Below are positions 39,524 to 51,950 of a stretch of 64,000 bases of DNA, piece by piece. The notes under the pieces are model-generated. The model saw only the letters and a program-made list of their open reading frames with translations. It was not told the origin of the DNA and made no database searches. Both the position numbers and the translations under genes were made by a program. This DNA is from Lama glama (taxonomy: Eukaryota), in NCBI GenBank assembly GCA_028534125.1, contig CM052817.1, forward strand, positions 103,852,001 to 103,916,000. Reading direction: 5' to 3'. Numbering within the stretch: the stretch's first letter is position 1; each line of letters begins with the position of its first letter.

Positions 39524-41200
39524 CTACTAGAGTTATTATGAGCATTGAAGGTAGTAAGTAAATTCTCTAATAAACAGTAGGTATTTAATGCAAGTAATTC
39601 ATTAATAGTTCATACCATTATTAAAACTAATATTATATACTCTTTAAATTATCAGAAATATATAAATATGTGTATGTATTTAAATAAGATCTATGTTACA
39701 CATTTTAAGCCTGAGTTATTCTGGCACTTTTTAGATGTGGATGAAATTTGACGGTTTAGCTGCATGAGAAACTAAAAAGTTAACAACAACCACCACCACT
39801 ATGAATGAATGAATGAATAAATGAATGAATAGTATTAATTGGTATCAGTTTATAGTGAGTGCTTTTATTTTTCCTTTTTCACTTTTTTTACTATTAAATT
39901 TTCAATGGTGAGAGCATATCACTTTGATAATAGCAATATGAAGGAAGCTTTATTTGGATAATAAATAATTTGCTGAATTGTTAGTTTGTGAATCATATAC
40001 AGCATGAACCTTCAATCTGATATCCAAGGGTATTTTTACTATTTAATAGTAGGATAATAAACACAATGCAAAAGAAAAGAACAAATGCGAATTTTTTCAA
40101 TGTTTTTGTAGCTGTAAAACTACAAAGTCAAATAGATTAGTTGGAAAAAACTTAAATAATAGGAAGTATTAGAGTGAAAAGTCAAAGTCCCTCTTTAATT
40201 CCCTCCAAACTCAAAAGTATTGACTTTCTTGCTGAGATATAGCCAAAATTTAGACATTTTATGCTCCTATATATCATATATGTTTATGCTCAGATATATT
40301 AGGACATACACGTTTTAATAAACACATGCTGTGTCTCATCTTTTTATCATCTCTCAGATATCTTTTTCATGTCAATATAGTCTACCAACTGTATGTTAAT
40401 ACATTTTGGGCATATTTAGCAATTTAACTTCTAGGAAAACTCTTTCATGTGGGCACAAAAAGACATGAGTTTATGGGAGTATTATTTGGAGTAATTTAAA
40501 AATTCTAAAAATCACCGATTACAGTATCAATGCAATTGACTGCTGTATAGAAGTTGAAGTGAATGAACAGAAATTTGTATGTTGATGTGGGTCAATCTAT
40601 GAAATTTAGCTTGAATGAAAAAGAAGTTTGTAAATTATGTTACATCACTTTTACAACATTACAGACAAAACGTAATTCTATATATTAGTTACAGATACTT
40701 AAATTTGTAGTAAAATTGTTAAAGTGTGGTCACAGTGTTGAGAGAGCAGTTTCTATTTTTAGTAGATCTTTGTAGCTTTATGAAATTTCTGTCCATAATG
40801 GTTGTACTGGTTTACATGCCCTTAAGCAACTGGAGTATAAGACTTCTTATTTTATTCCATGTATGTTTATAGCTTTGATGTTTTCTTTTCTTTTATTTGG
40901 CTGGTACTGTTGAGCATCATTTTATATTTATAAGAATCTTTCAATTTTGTAAATTGTCTTTTAAATACCTAAACCAACCCCCCCTACTCCGAGCCCCACA
41001 CCTGTGTGCATAACCAATTGTCCTAGTTTAATTTTTCCTTTTGATTAACTCTGACATGTATTACAGATTTATTTTCGATTCTCTATTCTGTTCTATCGGT
41101 TTATTTGTCTAATCCTGTGCCAGTTTGATACTCAGTTCTTTATAATCCTTTAGACATTATAAGCAGTCTTTATATCTGTTAGGAAAAGCTCCACTCCTCA

Positions 41201-41973
41201 TGAAACTGAGGGTAGTTATCCGTTTGCCATTAACAAATAATAAACTGTAACCTGCCTTCACTAGTCAGGTTCTTTTAAATTGTTTTTAATAAAAACTTGC
41301 ACGTCCTGGCTAAACATCAGGTCTCTTCTACATAGCACAGGCAGCTATCTTCAATATGTTGTATTATGAAAAGGAATACATGCATGACTGAAATACGCTG
41401 TACACCAGACATTGTCACAACATTGTAAACTGACTATGCTTCAAGAAAAAAAAAAAAGAAAAAAATCCTTGCAGGTCCTCCACGTGGCATGTAGCCTAAA
41501 CAGTAAGATGCTTGCCCAAGTTGCTTTTTAGGAACTTGGAGTCAGCTATGTCCAGTTGGACCTGCAGCTGAGGAAGACTCGTTAGGACCACTGCCCTCCA
41601 ACAGGGCATGCGCGAGTGTCCACTCGTGACCTTTTGAGGTTAGAGGGCAAAAAGCTACGCCCTCGGGGCATGCGCGTGCTGCTGCTGTCTGCGCATGCGT
41701 TCCATGGAAACGCCTAGAGGGTGGTCGCATCTGTACAGAATGACCGTGACTTCACTGTCGTCTTATCTCCAATTACCTTTCCCCACGCTCCCCACGCCTC
41801 CGCTTTATCCCGCGAATACCTCGAGCCCCTCATCTTCTGGGAGGCAGAGCTGAGGCTTGTTCTCCCGTCTCCCACTTGGCTGCCTCGTGAACAAGCCCTT
41901 TCTTTGCTGCAAACGTCGGCGTCTCGGCATTTGGCTTGCGGTGGGACAGGCTGGCGAAACTGGTAGGGTAACC
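41201..41973 (+). mobile_element. ERV1-like solo LTR, CpG-rich, with a nested L1 3' end
   Basis: Begins TGAAAC and ends GGTAAC(C); flanks CTCA/TTCA; 3' part is homologous to the LTR at 46752-47316. Confidence 0.7.
41308..41460 (+). mobile_element. Short L1 3' end nested in the LTR
   Basis: L1 3' terminus with poly-A; degenerate TSD 'aaaaacttgcacgtcct' (41291-41307) / 'aaaaatccttgcaggtcct' (from 41461). Confidence 0.75.
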
Positions 41974-42289
41974 TTCATTTAGAAAAATTCTCTTGGCTGT
42001 TCTTATAAACTTTTCCCGGTTATTTTAGAGCCTGCCTGTTAAATTCCACGAAACATTCTCTGTGATGAATATTCTTTGGTTGCTTCTTTAGATCATTTCT
42101 CCGCGGAGCTACATCCCTTGTACTTCTTCGTCTTCCGACTAGTAGTTGAATTGAGCCACAGGGGGATTTGGCAGCAGAAGATTGGGGTGTCGGAGAGAGA
42201 GAGGTAAGAGAATTTATTCCTCTGGCTCCTTCTTTGGTCCTTAGCAGATTGGCAGTAAAGGCATCCTTCTATGCCTGCAAGCCCTTACA

Positions 42290-42625
42290 CAGTAGGTGCT
42301 TGCTTTGTCTATGGTTTTGCTTTCTGAGGTTTCGGTTACTGTGGTCAACCTCCTTCAGAAAATATTACATGGAAAATTCCAGAAATAAATGTATAAGGTT
42401 TAAATTGTGCGCCATTCTGAGTAGTGTGATGGAATCTTGCACCTCCCAGCTCCATCCTGCCTAGGATTTGAATCCTTGTCTGGTGGACCAACGCTGTTAT
42501 ACACTGCCTGTCTATTAGTGCTGTAGGAAAAAAACGTCATGTATTTAGGTTCGGCACGATCTGAGGTTTCGGGCGTCCGGTGTGGAATTTGGAACGTATG
42601 CTCAGTGGATAAAAGGAGGCTACCG
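42290..42625. mobile_element. Tigger-family non-autonomous DNA transposon (MER44-like)
   Basis: Ends CAGTAG...CTACCG; internal 'aaaatattacatggaaaattccagaaataaa...gccattctgagtagtgtgatg' resembles MER44. Confidence 0.8.
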
Positions 42626-43324
42626 TGTTACAAAGCTCCAGCTGCATCCGGAGACTGTAACACCGTATCTTCCCTTTGATCCATCAAGCCTGGGAGGTAG
42701 TGGTGGTTGTGGCAGCAGAGGGGTGAATACCAGCATCCTTCTCTCAACCATCATTACACTTCAGCACTTCGTCCCTTTGGTGGTGATAGCGCTTTCCTTC
42801 AAGCTTCTGACATACACCTTGTCGGGATTGGAAGTGCATTGATTCTGTAGTTTAATTTGAGAGAACTCTCATTTTTACCGTAGAGCCTTTCTACCCATAT
42901 ATATGTTACCGTCTCTATTTATCTAGTCCTGTGTACTTTCATGATGTTATTAACCTTTTTCTATAAAGATCTTGCTTAGTTTTCACGAGATTTATTCCCA
43001 GGATTACTATTGTTTTTGTGGTAATTGTGAATGAGCTGTTTATAAAGATACATGTTCTAAATGGTTTTTGGTGATGGATATTGATTTCTACATGTTGATT
43101 TTCCATCCAGGAAACTTACTATTTTATTTCTTTGAATAGTTTTTTTAGATGTTCTCTTCTATAGGCTAGGTTGGTACTCATATTGTCTCTGTGTAATAAA
43201 AACAATAACAATAATTACTAAAATTTATTGAGAACTGACTTTTTAGAAAGACATGCTTTAGTCACTCACTTAATCTTCATTTCAGTCCTATGATATGGAA
43301 ATTATCTTGCATTTATATTTTAAT

Positions 43325-44740
43325 TTTTTTATTAAAAATTTTTTTCCAGCTTTATTGATATATAATAGACATACAACATTATATACATTTAAAATATACA
43401 ATGTGATGACTTGATACATTTACATATTGTGAAATGATGACACAATAAGTTTAGTTAACATATCCATCCTCTCATATAGTTTATTTTTTGTGTGTGGTGA
43501 GAAATTTAAGGTCTACTGTCTTAGCAAGTTTCACATATACAATATGTTAACTAGTCACCACACTGTACATTACATCTCCAGGAGTAACTTAAGTTATAAT
43601 TAGAGTTTCCACCATTTTACCTCCTTCACCTACTACTGCTCCCCCCCGCCCCGCCCCTAGCCCTGGGCAGCCATCATCCCACTTTCTGTTTACCTGAGTT
43701 TAGGGGTTTTTGATTCTGCATATAAATAAGATATGTTTCTCTGACTTACTTCACTTAGCCTAATGTCTTTAAGTTTCAGCCTTAAGTTGTTGCAAATGGC
43801 AGGATTTCCCATTTTTAATGACTGAATAATATTCCAAAATACACACACAATACACTAATATATATTAATGTATACATATATATCATGTTTTCCTAATCCA
43901 TTCGTCTATCAATAGATACTTAGGTTGTTTCCATATTTCCATGTCTTGGCTATTATGAGTAATGCTGCAGTGAACATGGGGGTTCTGATGTCTCTTTGAT
44001 ATAGTCATTTCATTTCCTTTAGATAGATACACAGGAGTGGAATTTCTGGACCATATGGCAGTTCTATTTGTAACTTTTTGAAGAGCCTCCATACTGTTTT
44101 ACATGATGGCTGTACCCATTTATATTCCCACGGATAGTATACAAGTTTTCCTTTTTCTCCACATCCTCACCAGCACTTGCTGTCACTTGTCTTTTTAATA
44201 ACAGCCATCCTGGGAAGAGTGAGGTATTATCTCATTGTCATGTTGGCTTGCATTTCCCTGATGATTAGTGATGCTGAGCACCTTTTCAGGTACCTATTGG
44301 CCATTTGTGTATGTCTTCTTTGGAAAAATGTCTATCCAGGCCCTCTGCCCATTTTAAAAATTGAAATATTACTATTATTTTGTTGTTGTTATTGAGCTGC
44401 ATGAATTTCTAAACGTATTTTGGATATTAACCCCTTATCAGATAGATGGTTTGCAAATATTTCTCCCTTCCATAGGTTGCCTTTCTGTAGGTTCATTTTA
44501 TTGATTATTTCTTTTGTTGTGAAGAAGCTTGAAGAAGCTTTTTGGTTCAATTGCAGCCCCACTGGTTGATTTATTTTTGCTTTTGTTGCTTGTACTTTTG
44601 GTGTCACATTTAAAATTTATTGCCAAGACCAAGGTGAAGAGTTTTTTTTTATTGTGTTTTCTTCTAGGAGTTTTATGGTTTTAGATCTTACATTTCAGTC
44701 TTTAATCTTTTTTAATTTTTGTGAGTAATGTAATATATAA
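43325..44740 (-). mobile_element. L1 (L1MA-like) 3' UTR and ORF2 C-terminus
   Basis: Poly-T, 3' UTR and ORF2 remnants ('MTPKVQATKAKIN', '[15 protein letters not shown]', 'WKQPKYLLIDEWIRK'). Confidence 0.9.
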
Positions 44741-44744
44741 CAAT

Positions 44745-45460
44745 CCAATTTTGCTAATCAAGAAAAAAAGAGAGAGCACTCAAAATCAGAAATAAAAGAG
44801 GAGACATTATAACTGATACCACAGAAATACTTCAGGAACATGAGACTATTATGAACAATTGTAGGCCAATAAAAATTGGACAGTTCTATCAAATGATTAT
44901 TGGTGTTAAAATTCAGAACAAAATATCAGGAAAATTAACATACATGGATATATTAAAACAATAACAGTATGATGGGAGGGTATAGTCTAGTGGCAGAGTG
45001 CATGCCTAGCATGCACAAGATCCTGGGTTCAATTCCCAGTACCTCTGTTTAAAACACACACACACAGAAAATAATAACAGTATGAAAAAATGGGGTTATT
45101 TCTAGGCATATCATGAAAGTTTATTTTTGAATACCTATTAATGTAATTCATCCAATTAATATTTCAAGGATAAAATTTACCAGAAATTTTCAATAGATAC
45201 TCAAGTCATCTTTTGCTGTGAATACATTTCTGATTAAAAACCATTAGTAAAACAATACAAGGACAGGTATGAATATACATCTTTATGAATATACATCTAA
45301 CCTGTTACAATTTTGGAATGCCTTTTGTGAAAGACTAGGAATGATACGTGAATCTCCACTCTCACCATTATTATTTAGTATTTTCCTGTAAGTGGTGGTC
45401 AAAAACTAAGCAAATGTAATAAGCAGAAATTTTGACAGTAGGCAAATTGATTATTTTTGG
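44745..45460 (+). mobile_element. Sense L1 ORF2 fragments of mixed age, interrupted by a SINE
   Basis: 'gaggagacattataactgataccacagaaata...gactattatgaacaatt' (ORF2 'GDITTDTTEI' region) followed by more diverged RT-region text. Confidence 0.65.
44974..45067 (+). mobile_element. vic-1-like tRNA SINE with TSD and (AC)n tail
   Basis: A and B boxes; TSD AAAA(C/T)AATAACAGTATGA at 44955-44972 and 45068-45085. Confidence 0.88.
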
Positions 45461-46751
45461 AAACCTGACTATCCAGTGTAGGGTAGCGGCTCCTGTGAAA
45501 ACTCTCCCTTCCTGTGGTGCTTGGGCCTCTGAACGGATGTCATTCTGTGACAAGATTATCTTCTTTTGGTAACTAGACTGCACCTAAACATACTGAAGCA
45601 GTGTAGGTCTTGTGTTATGACATAATGATGCAACTTTGCTATAGCAGGTGATTCGAATTTAGGTACAAATGTTATGCATGTGTAGTTGGTGATGGTACAA
45701 ATGATGACAAAGTTATTCTGAACTAAGCTGCTTCAGAACACTCAGAAATAAGAAAATCATCCTAGTTTTTATTGCAGACATAAACCACATGTAAATTTAA
45801 ATAAACATGCAAAAAGGTTTATAATGTAAAAAGATATGCTAAAAAGCATACTAAAATGTGTACGCTCTGATTGAGGTTCTGTAGATAACCAGCAAGCATT
45901 ATGCAAAAATGTAAGTGTACTGTTACCCTGATAAGATTCTGGTTGATTTTTTTTTCCTTTAAAAAATGTGTTTTAATATTGTTAAATCATCTTTTTAGTA
46001 AACTGTTTCCCCCAAATCACAGTACCTGTTACATGACTTTGCAGAAGGTTAATATCAGACAAGCCCCTGCTTCCTGTGAATTTGAACATGTGCAATGTAA
46101 GGAAAAGAATCAGACAATTTTAACCTTCATTTATGTTACTATTTAATGGTCTAAAAGATTATGTTTACATGCACTATTCAGTTATGTTATAACTGTAGTC
46201 TTTTATGTACTGGCCTTTCAGTACATAAAGTGTAAGCTTTAAAAGGGCCAGGATTATATAACACAGAGCCCACCACAAACCCTGGCCACAATTAAAGATC
46301 AGATACGGATTCACTGGACTGTTCGTTGGAGTTGAGAGCCCCTATGATGTATGCAGAGGAGGATTATTCTTGTGAATTCACATATTTTTATGAATGAGAA
46401 TCTTGTCTGGAAAGGTTCATGATCGTGCCCTAGTAAGTGTTGGCAGAAAGCATCCTTTCCTATTAGGAGCTGTTCTTGTGCTCGCTGAGTTGTGCCTCGC
46501 TGATAACACCGGATGGTCGCCACATTCTCTGCTCAGCAGGAGAATCAGAGAGGTGGTATGTGCCATAGGCCCAGGGTGTGTCTGTGTGTATGCGGAAAGA
46601 CACACACACAGGCCTCTTGAAAATAATATACTTGCTAGATTAAAAGATACGGGGCAGTGACATTGAATGCCAGTTTTGTTTATAGCTCAGTGGCTGGTTT
46701 GAAGCAATCACTTTAACTCTTTTACTTCTTCAGTAGCCCTGTTTCTGCTTT

Positions 46752-47316
46752 TGTTACTGATGGCCAGTTTGCATGCCTGACACACAGTGAGGCCAAACAA
46801 ACCAAAACGCTGGAGTTTGGAGCAGAGAAAGGTTTATTGCAGGACCAAACAAGGAGAATGCGTAGCCCATGCTCAGAAGACCTGGACTCCCTGGTGGTTT
46901 CGGGGAGGTGTTTATAGGCAAAATTTGGGGTGATGGCTGCAGGGTGTGTGACTTTCTTCTGATTGCTGGTGGTGAGGTCACGGCGGTGCTCCAGGAGTCT
47001 TGTGCTCAGCCTGAAATCCCCATCCTCCACCTGGGTGGGGGCCTTGGTTCCTGCAGAACTCAAAGATATTGTTAAGTATATCCTCCAGAAGGAACCAGGA
47101 CCCTTCCCCAAGGCTGCACTATTGTTTCTTGACCGCTCCTCCTTTGTTTTGGCATGCCCGCCCTCCCTTCCTTGATGAGCGACTGTTTGAATCCGCCCTT
47201 TAGATCTCAGGGAAGGTCAAGGGGGCTGAATGAAGCCTGTTTTCCTACAAACAGAAATGGGGGACACAGAAAGGATTTGCACCAGGGAGGGCCCCGCAGG
47301 GTCCTGCTCCATTTCA
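46752..47316 (-). mobile_element. ERV1-like solo LTR
   Basis: TG...CA termini, 4-bp TSD CTTT (46748-46751, 47317-47320) and minus-strand AATAAA at 46833-46838. Confidence 0.88.
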
Positions 47317-47686
47317 CTTTTGTTCTTTCTTTCTCAAGTTTCATGCCCCGGGGTCCGACTTTGTCGGCTTCTCCACCGTTGAGGTCCTGTGAACCTCTTT
47401 TAGCCACTGGCATTACCCACTTACCCACCACCTGCTCTTACATTGCCGGCTACACAAGATTCGCCAGTGTTTGTTTTAGGAACCTGGAATCCCCTTTCAG
47501 AGATAAGAAGTTGTTTCTGTTTGCTTTAGACTGTTTGTCAAATATTCAATATTCATGTTTTTCTCACTTCCCAGGGGAAAGAAAACTGACCTGTCTTACA
47601 TATACCTGGTTTGTGCCCTCATTTCTTCTCAGATTCTATCTATATTTAGTAAATTTTTTATTTTACATTATCTGGAAATATTTTCT

Positions 47687-48198
47687 TGTTGCCAGAGAAC
47701 AACTCATCTCAGGCAGGAAAGAATTCAAGTGCAAGGCACAGTAAAGTGGAAGTAAGTTTATTCAGGGACATACACACGCCATAGACAGAATGTGGGCCAT
47801 CTCAAAAGGTGAGAGAGAGACTGAGAGATGTGAGGTGTTTAGTAAAGTCAAAGTAGGCCCACGCTCCATAGAGTCAGGTGGTCTCAGAATTCCAGAGAGA
47901 GTGACCACAAGGCGTGGGGTTGCTAGTTTCTGTGGGCTGGGTAATTTCATATGCTAATGAGTAGGAGGATTATCCCAACTATTTGGGGGAAGACGTGGGG
48001 ATTTCCAGAAATCGGACCCCACACCCTTTTGACCTTTTATGGTCAGCCTAGGCGCTGTCATGGTGCTGTGGGGGTGGCATGAGGCTCAAGGGCTTCTGGA
48101 AGTCGAATCTTCTGCCATCTTGGTTCTAACCAGTGTGTCCTGTCCTCATGGCTGTGTCATTCCCTCGGTGGTGCCCTGCCCCCTTCCTTCCTGTCTCA
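47687..48198 (-). mobile_element. ERV solo LTR (family shared with 50766-51243)
   Basis: TG...CA termini, TTTTCT on both flanks, minus-strand AATAAA near 47757-47762 and YY1-like GCCATCTT. Confidence 0.8.
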
Positions 48199-50407
48199 TT
48201 TTCTCATACAGTTTATTGGTTATGTAAAAGTTTGCCACATGTAAATTTGAAACAGAATGGAATACATGCATGTCTTAAGTATACTAAATTGTTTTCGTGT
48301 GGGATTTACTATTAATGAGTCTTCCACCTCCTGGAGCACGGGATTGTGAGGGACTATGGCGATGTCTGCAGCAAGAGTCTCTGTACCCTCATCTGTGATG
48401 TTTTTGTTGTCGTGAAGAATGACTCTAGCAATTATATGTTACAGAAACACATGCTTCCAGAAAAACAATTGCAGGAAAAAATGAGGCAGTCTGGTAGGCT
48501 TGTAAGTAAAAGAAAAGAAAATATCAAAAGGAGGATTGGAACAGAGGGGATGCCTATTTGTAGGTGATACCATTCTAGTTTATGTCCCTCTTGCTCACTA
48601 ATCTGTGTTAAATATTATTACACAAACTCCCTGCCTTTTATATCTCTGATAGTATCTGCACCTGTCTTAAGTGACTAGTCTTTGACAAATCAGAAATAAC
48701 TATTTAAATTATATCTAGTGACAGAAGCATACCATCTGAACGTCAGCTGTATTGGCTATTACTTTGTGTTGCAAAAGAGCATTCCTGGCTTCCTCTGGGT
48801 AGTAACATGTGCCTGTTTTCCAATCCAGGTAGTCTTAGGTGTCTGTGTGTCTGTACACTTTGGTACAGCCCACGGGTGGAGGCACAGCTTCCTGTGTCTC
48901 CCGTGTGGCTTTGACCTTCGTCCACATAAATCATATGCCCCCTAGACTCATGTTCCCCTGACATTCGCACTAACCAAAATAATTGTTCTTCATGTAAATC
49001 CTTCTGATGCAGAATACACCACTGTTTTCCTCCAGTAGTTCAGAAAATAAAGATTTGGTTGTTTTAAAACAAAGTAGAATCGTTCACACGTGTTTGAAGG
49101 ATTACCTGTTTTACAGTATGTGTATCTGTGTATTACACACGTAACTGTCCATAAACTTTAGATATTATTCATTGTTCCTTAGAAGTAAGTTGCTTATTTG
49201 TTCATCTACTTTGTCTTTTACTTCTTCACCTGAGGCATACTTAAATTTAAACTGCATATTTGGTGATAAAAGCCTCTGATGCTTACTGAGGGGGAAAACA
49301 TGAAGAGTCAATCTTAGAATTCTACAAATGCTTAATGTACCCATGAATTGTACTGTGCCCCAGACACCCTGGATTTATGTTAACACTTTTGGGCCAACTA
49401 GGTAAAGATACATGGTTAGAATTATTGATGTTCATTTTTGTAAATGAACCTGGGCTACATGTGCTACGGTCATTACAGTACAGTGTTACATACGTGATTT
49501 CAAAATCCATTCCAAAAATTCTTATCATCAAAGGCAAAGGTCTGCTTCAGTAAGTTGCCTTTTGAAATTGTACGTGTTTCAAAGAAAACCTCAGAAATGC
49601 ATGACACGAGTTAGTGTTTGATTAGTAAATTCTCATGGTGAAGGGTTCATTCTAGTATATTCACCTCTTCCCACCCAAACCAGCTTCCTGTAGTTGTAGT
49701 GAAATATAGGCAGAGCTCTCAGTGGCATGAATGTCTACAAAAATTAGAGAACACTGTACAAATATTGAATCATCATGTTGTACATGTTGTGCACTTGAAA
49801 CTAACATTATGTTCTACGTCAGTTATATCTTAGTAGAAACAACAAGAGAGTGATCACAGGGCCAGAGCTCATGAGAGGGAGGGAATCTGAGTCTGTTTTC
49901 AGACAAGCAGGAGTTGCAGTAAATACTGCAGGTACTTTATAGCATCCCTCCTGGAGGGACACAGATCTGCTCATGGGTTTATAGTGTACTGACCCGTATA
50001 AGAGCAAACTGGGAGGAGTGAACGGAGGTTGGTGGCTGATGAAGGATTTAACTTGATTGGAACTTTTAACTGTAAACAAAGAGAAGAAGAATTCTTCTAA
50101 TGGGTACCGGAGGTTTGGAAGTATAGGGAAATAGCTATTTTGAAAAACAAGTGTGGAACACTGTAGGAAAGAGAAGAGAATTAGCCAGTAAAACACCAGA
50201 GGAGAAAGAGGGTACAGTCAGGCCTGAGATGCCTGAGCCGTGTTTAGCCAGGTGTCCTTTATGTGAATGAACGATCATTAGGACCAGCACCATTGCCTGT
50301 CATTTGCTTAAGTTAACTAGTTTGTCGACAACTCATATATATGTTTACTACCAGTTGTTGGTTCAGGTATTCGTCACTATTTCTGTTTCTGTAAAATTTA
50401 GAGTTAG

Positions 50408-50408
<1 letters not shown>

Positions 50409-50453
<45 letters not shown>
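50409..50453. repeat. (ATT)n microsatellite
   Basis: Directly visible; explains the poly-Ile ORFs. Confidence 0.95.
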
Positions 50454-50456
<3 letters not shown>

Positions 50457-50544
50457 TTTTTTCTATCATTATTAAAGAGTATTTGAAAATGATCATTACA
50501 ATTGAAATTCTGGTGCCCATAGCAGGCAGGACAGGGCCGAGGGC

Positions 50545-50720
50545 CATTTTCTTTGACATTTCTCAAAGCACATCCACAGAGAAACTTCTAGAAGGGCTAT
50601 CAAATGCAGAGCCCTCTCCCCAGACCAGCTCTTTGGGTGGAGCTGAGAAATCTTCTATTGAATCAGCTCTCTGGGGGATGCTTACCTAATGAGCCACAGC
50701 TTTATAGGACAGTGTTTAGA
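50545..50720. mobile_element. MER5-like hAT DNA transposon remnant
   Basis: 'aaatgcagagccctctccccagacc...gggtggagctgagaaatct...ctctctggggatgctta'. Confidence 0.5.
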
Positions 50721-50765
50721 AGACAGCCTGTTCCTGTCTGAGTAGAACACACACTGTGACCATAT

Positions 50766-51243
50766 GGTTACCACAGAGTAGGTTCTTGCCTTGTGCAGGA
50801 AAGAATTCAAGAGGGAGCCATAGCAAAGTGAAAGCAAGTTTGTTTAGAGAGATGCACATTCCGTGGGCAGAATTCAGTCTGTCTCAGAAGAGAGAGTGGC
50901 CCTGGGGTGTGGGGATGGTTAGTGTTTGTGGGCTGGATAATTTCATATCTAACAAGTGGGAGGATTATCCCCATTGTTTTGGGGAAGGGGCAGGGATTTC
51001 CCAGAATTGGGCCCCTCCCACTTTTTGACCTTTTATGCCAACCTGAGAACTGTCCTGGTGCCTGTGGCTGTGTCAGTTAGCAGCTAATGTGTTACAATGA
51101 GCCTATAATGAGGCTCAGGGTGTACTGGAAGTTGAATCTGCCGCCATCTTGGACCTAGTAGGTTCTAACCTGTTTTTGTTGTATCCTCAATGGCTGTGTC
51201 ATTCTTTTAAAGGTGGTGCCCTGTCCGCTTCCCTCCTGTTTCA
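50766..51243 (-). mobile_element. ERV solo LTR
   Basis: Colinear similarity to 47687-48198 ('gcaggaaagaattcaag', 'ggaggattatccc', 'gccatcttgg', 'ggtggtgccctg'); ends TTTCA. Confidence 0.8.
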
Positions 51244-51784
51244 ATACCCCAGGCATTCAATTTTGTCCTATTTTTCTTTCAAGCCTTCTACCTGAAACCA
51301 TTTTAAAGTGAGAAATAATAGAGATGGACAGATCTGCGAAGACCAGGAATGTTTTTACGGATTCTCTAGAGACTAATAATGGCTCTTCTCACTCAGCAGG
51401 GGGCCAGACGTATGAGAAGTCTTTCTGTCCCCGGAAGTACCTCAAGTGGCCACCTGCCGTGTTAAACAAAGTGCAAAACTTGGGGAAAAACAGATTGTTT
51501 TCCCCATCAGATAAAGCGGGTGGCTTTTATCTTGTAAGGTAAAGCCAGTGGGAGGAGAGCCAGGGGCTCTGCGGAATCTCGAAGTCTCCATTGTGATGCT
51601 CCTGTGAATGACTACAAGGGACCATTAATGGGTTGGGTTGGGGCAGACGTTGCTGCCATAGGGACCTGGTACCTGCCCGGCATGCTGGTGTGGCTGGTCC
51701 TGGGGGCCCTGCTCACACTGGCTGCTAAAATATAACACTTTCTGCAATAATGGCCACGTTTAATTAAAAAAAAAAATCTATGTC

Positions 51785-51950
51785 CATGGTGCTCAATTTT
51801 GGTGTGAATCATAAGCACCTGGAGAACTGCTCAAGCTCCAGATCTCTGGGCTCTCCTCCCAGGGATTCTGACATTTGGAGTGAGAACCTCCACCATCTGA
51901 CATTTTCCCAGCAGCCTGTGTCTCCCAGGAAGGTGGACTTACAGGTGGTA
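51785..51950. mobile_element. MER5A-like hAT remnant
   Basis: 'tggtgctcaattttgg...cacctggagaact...ctgggctctcctcccagggattctga'. Confidence 0.55.

Noticed and set aside
43325..44885. Possible second twin-priming inversion (minus L1 followed by plus L1)
   Set aside because: The plus piece derives from a far-upstream ORF2 region not contiguous with the minus piece, and no TSD was found.
47154..47744. 196-aa ORF
   Set aside because: It runs across two LTRs and their spacer, with no gag, pol or env motifs.
47687..51243. Two same-family LTRs as the ends of one provirus
   Set aside because: The intervening 2.6 kb has no retroviral internal sequence or convincing PBS/PPT and contains older repeats. 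The LTRs differ by large indels and have separate flanking repeats.
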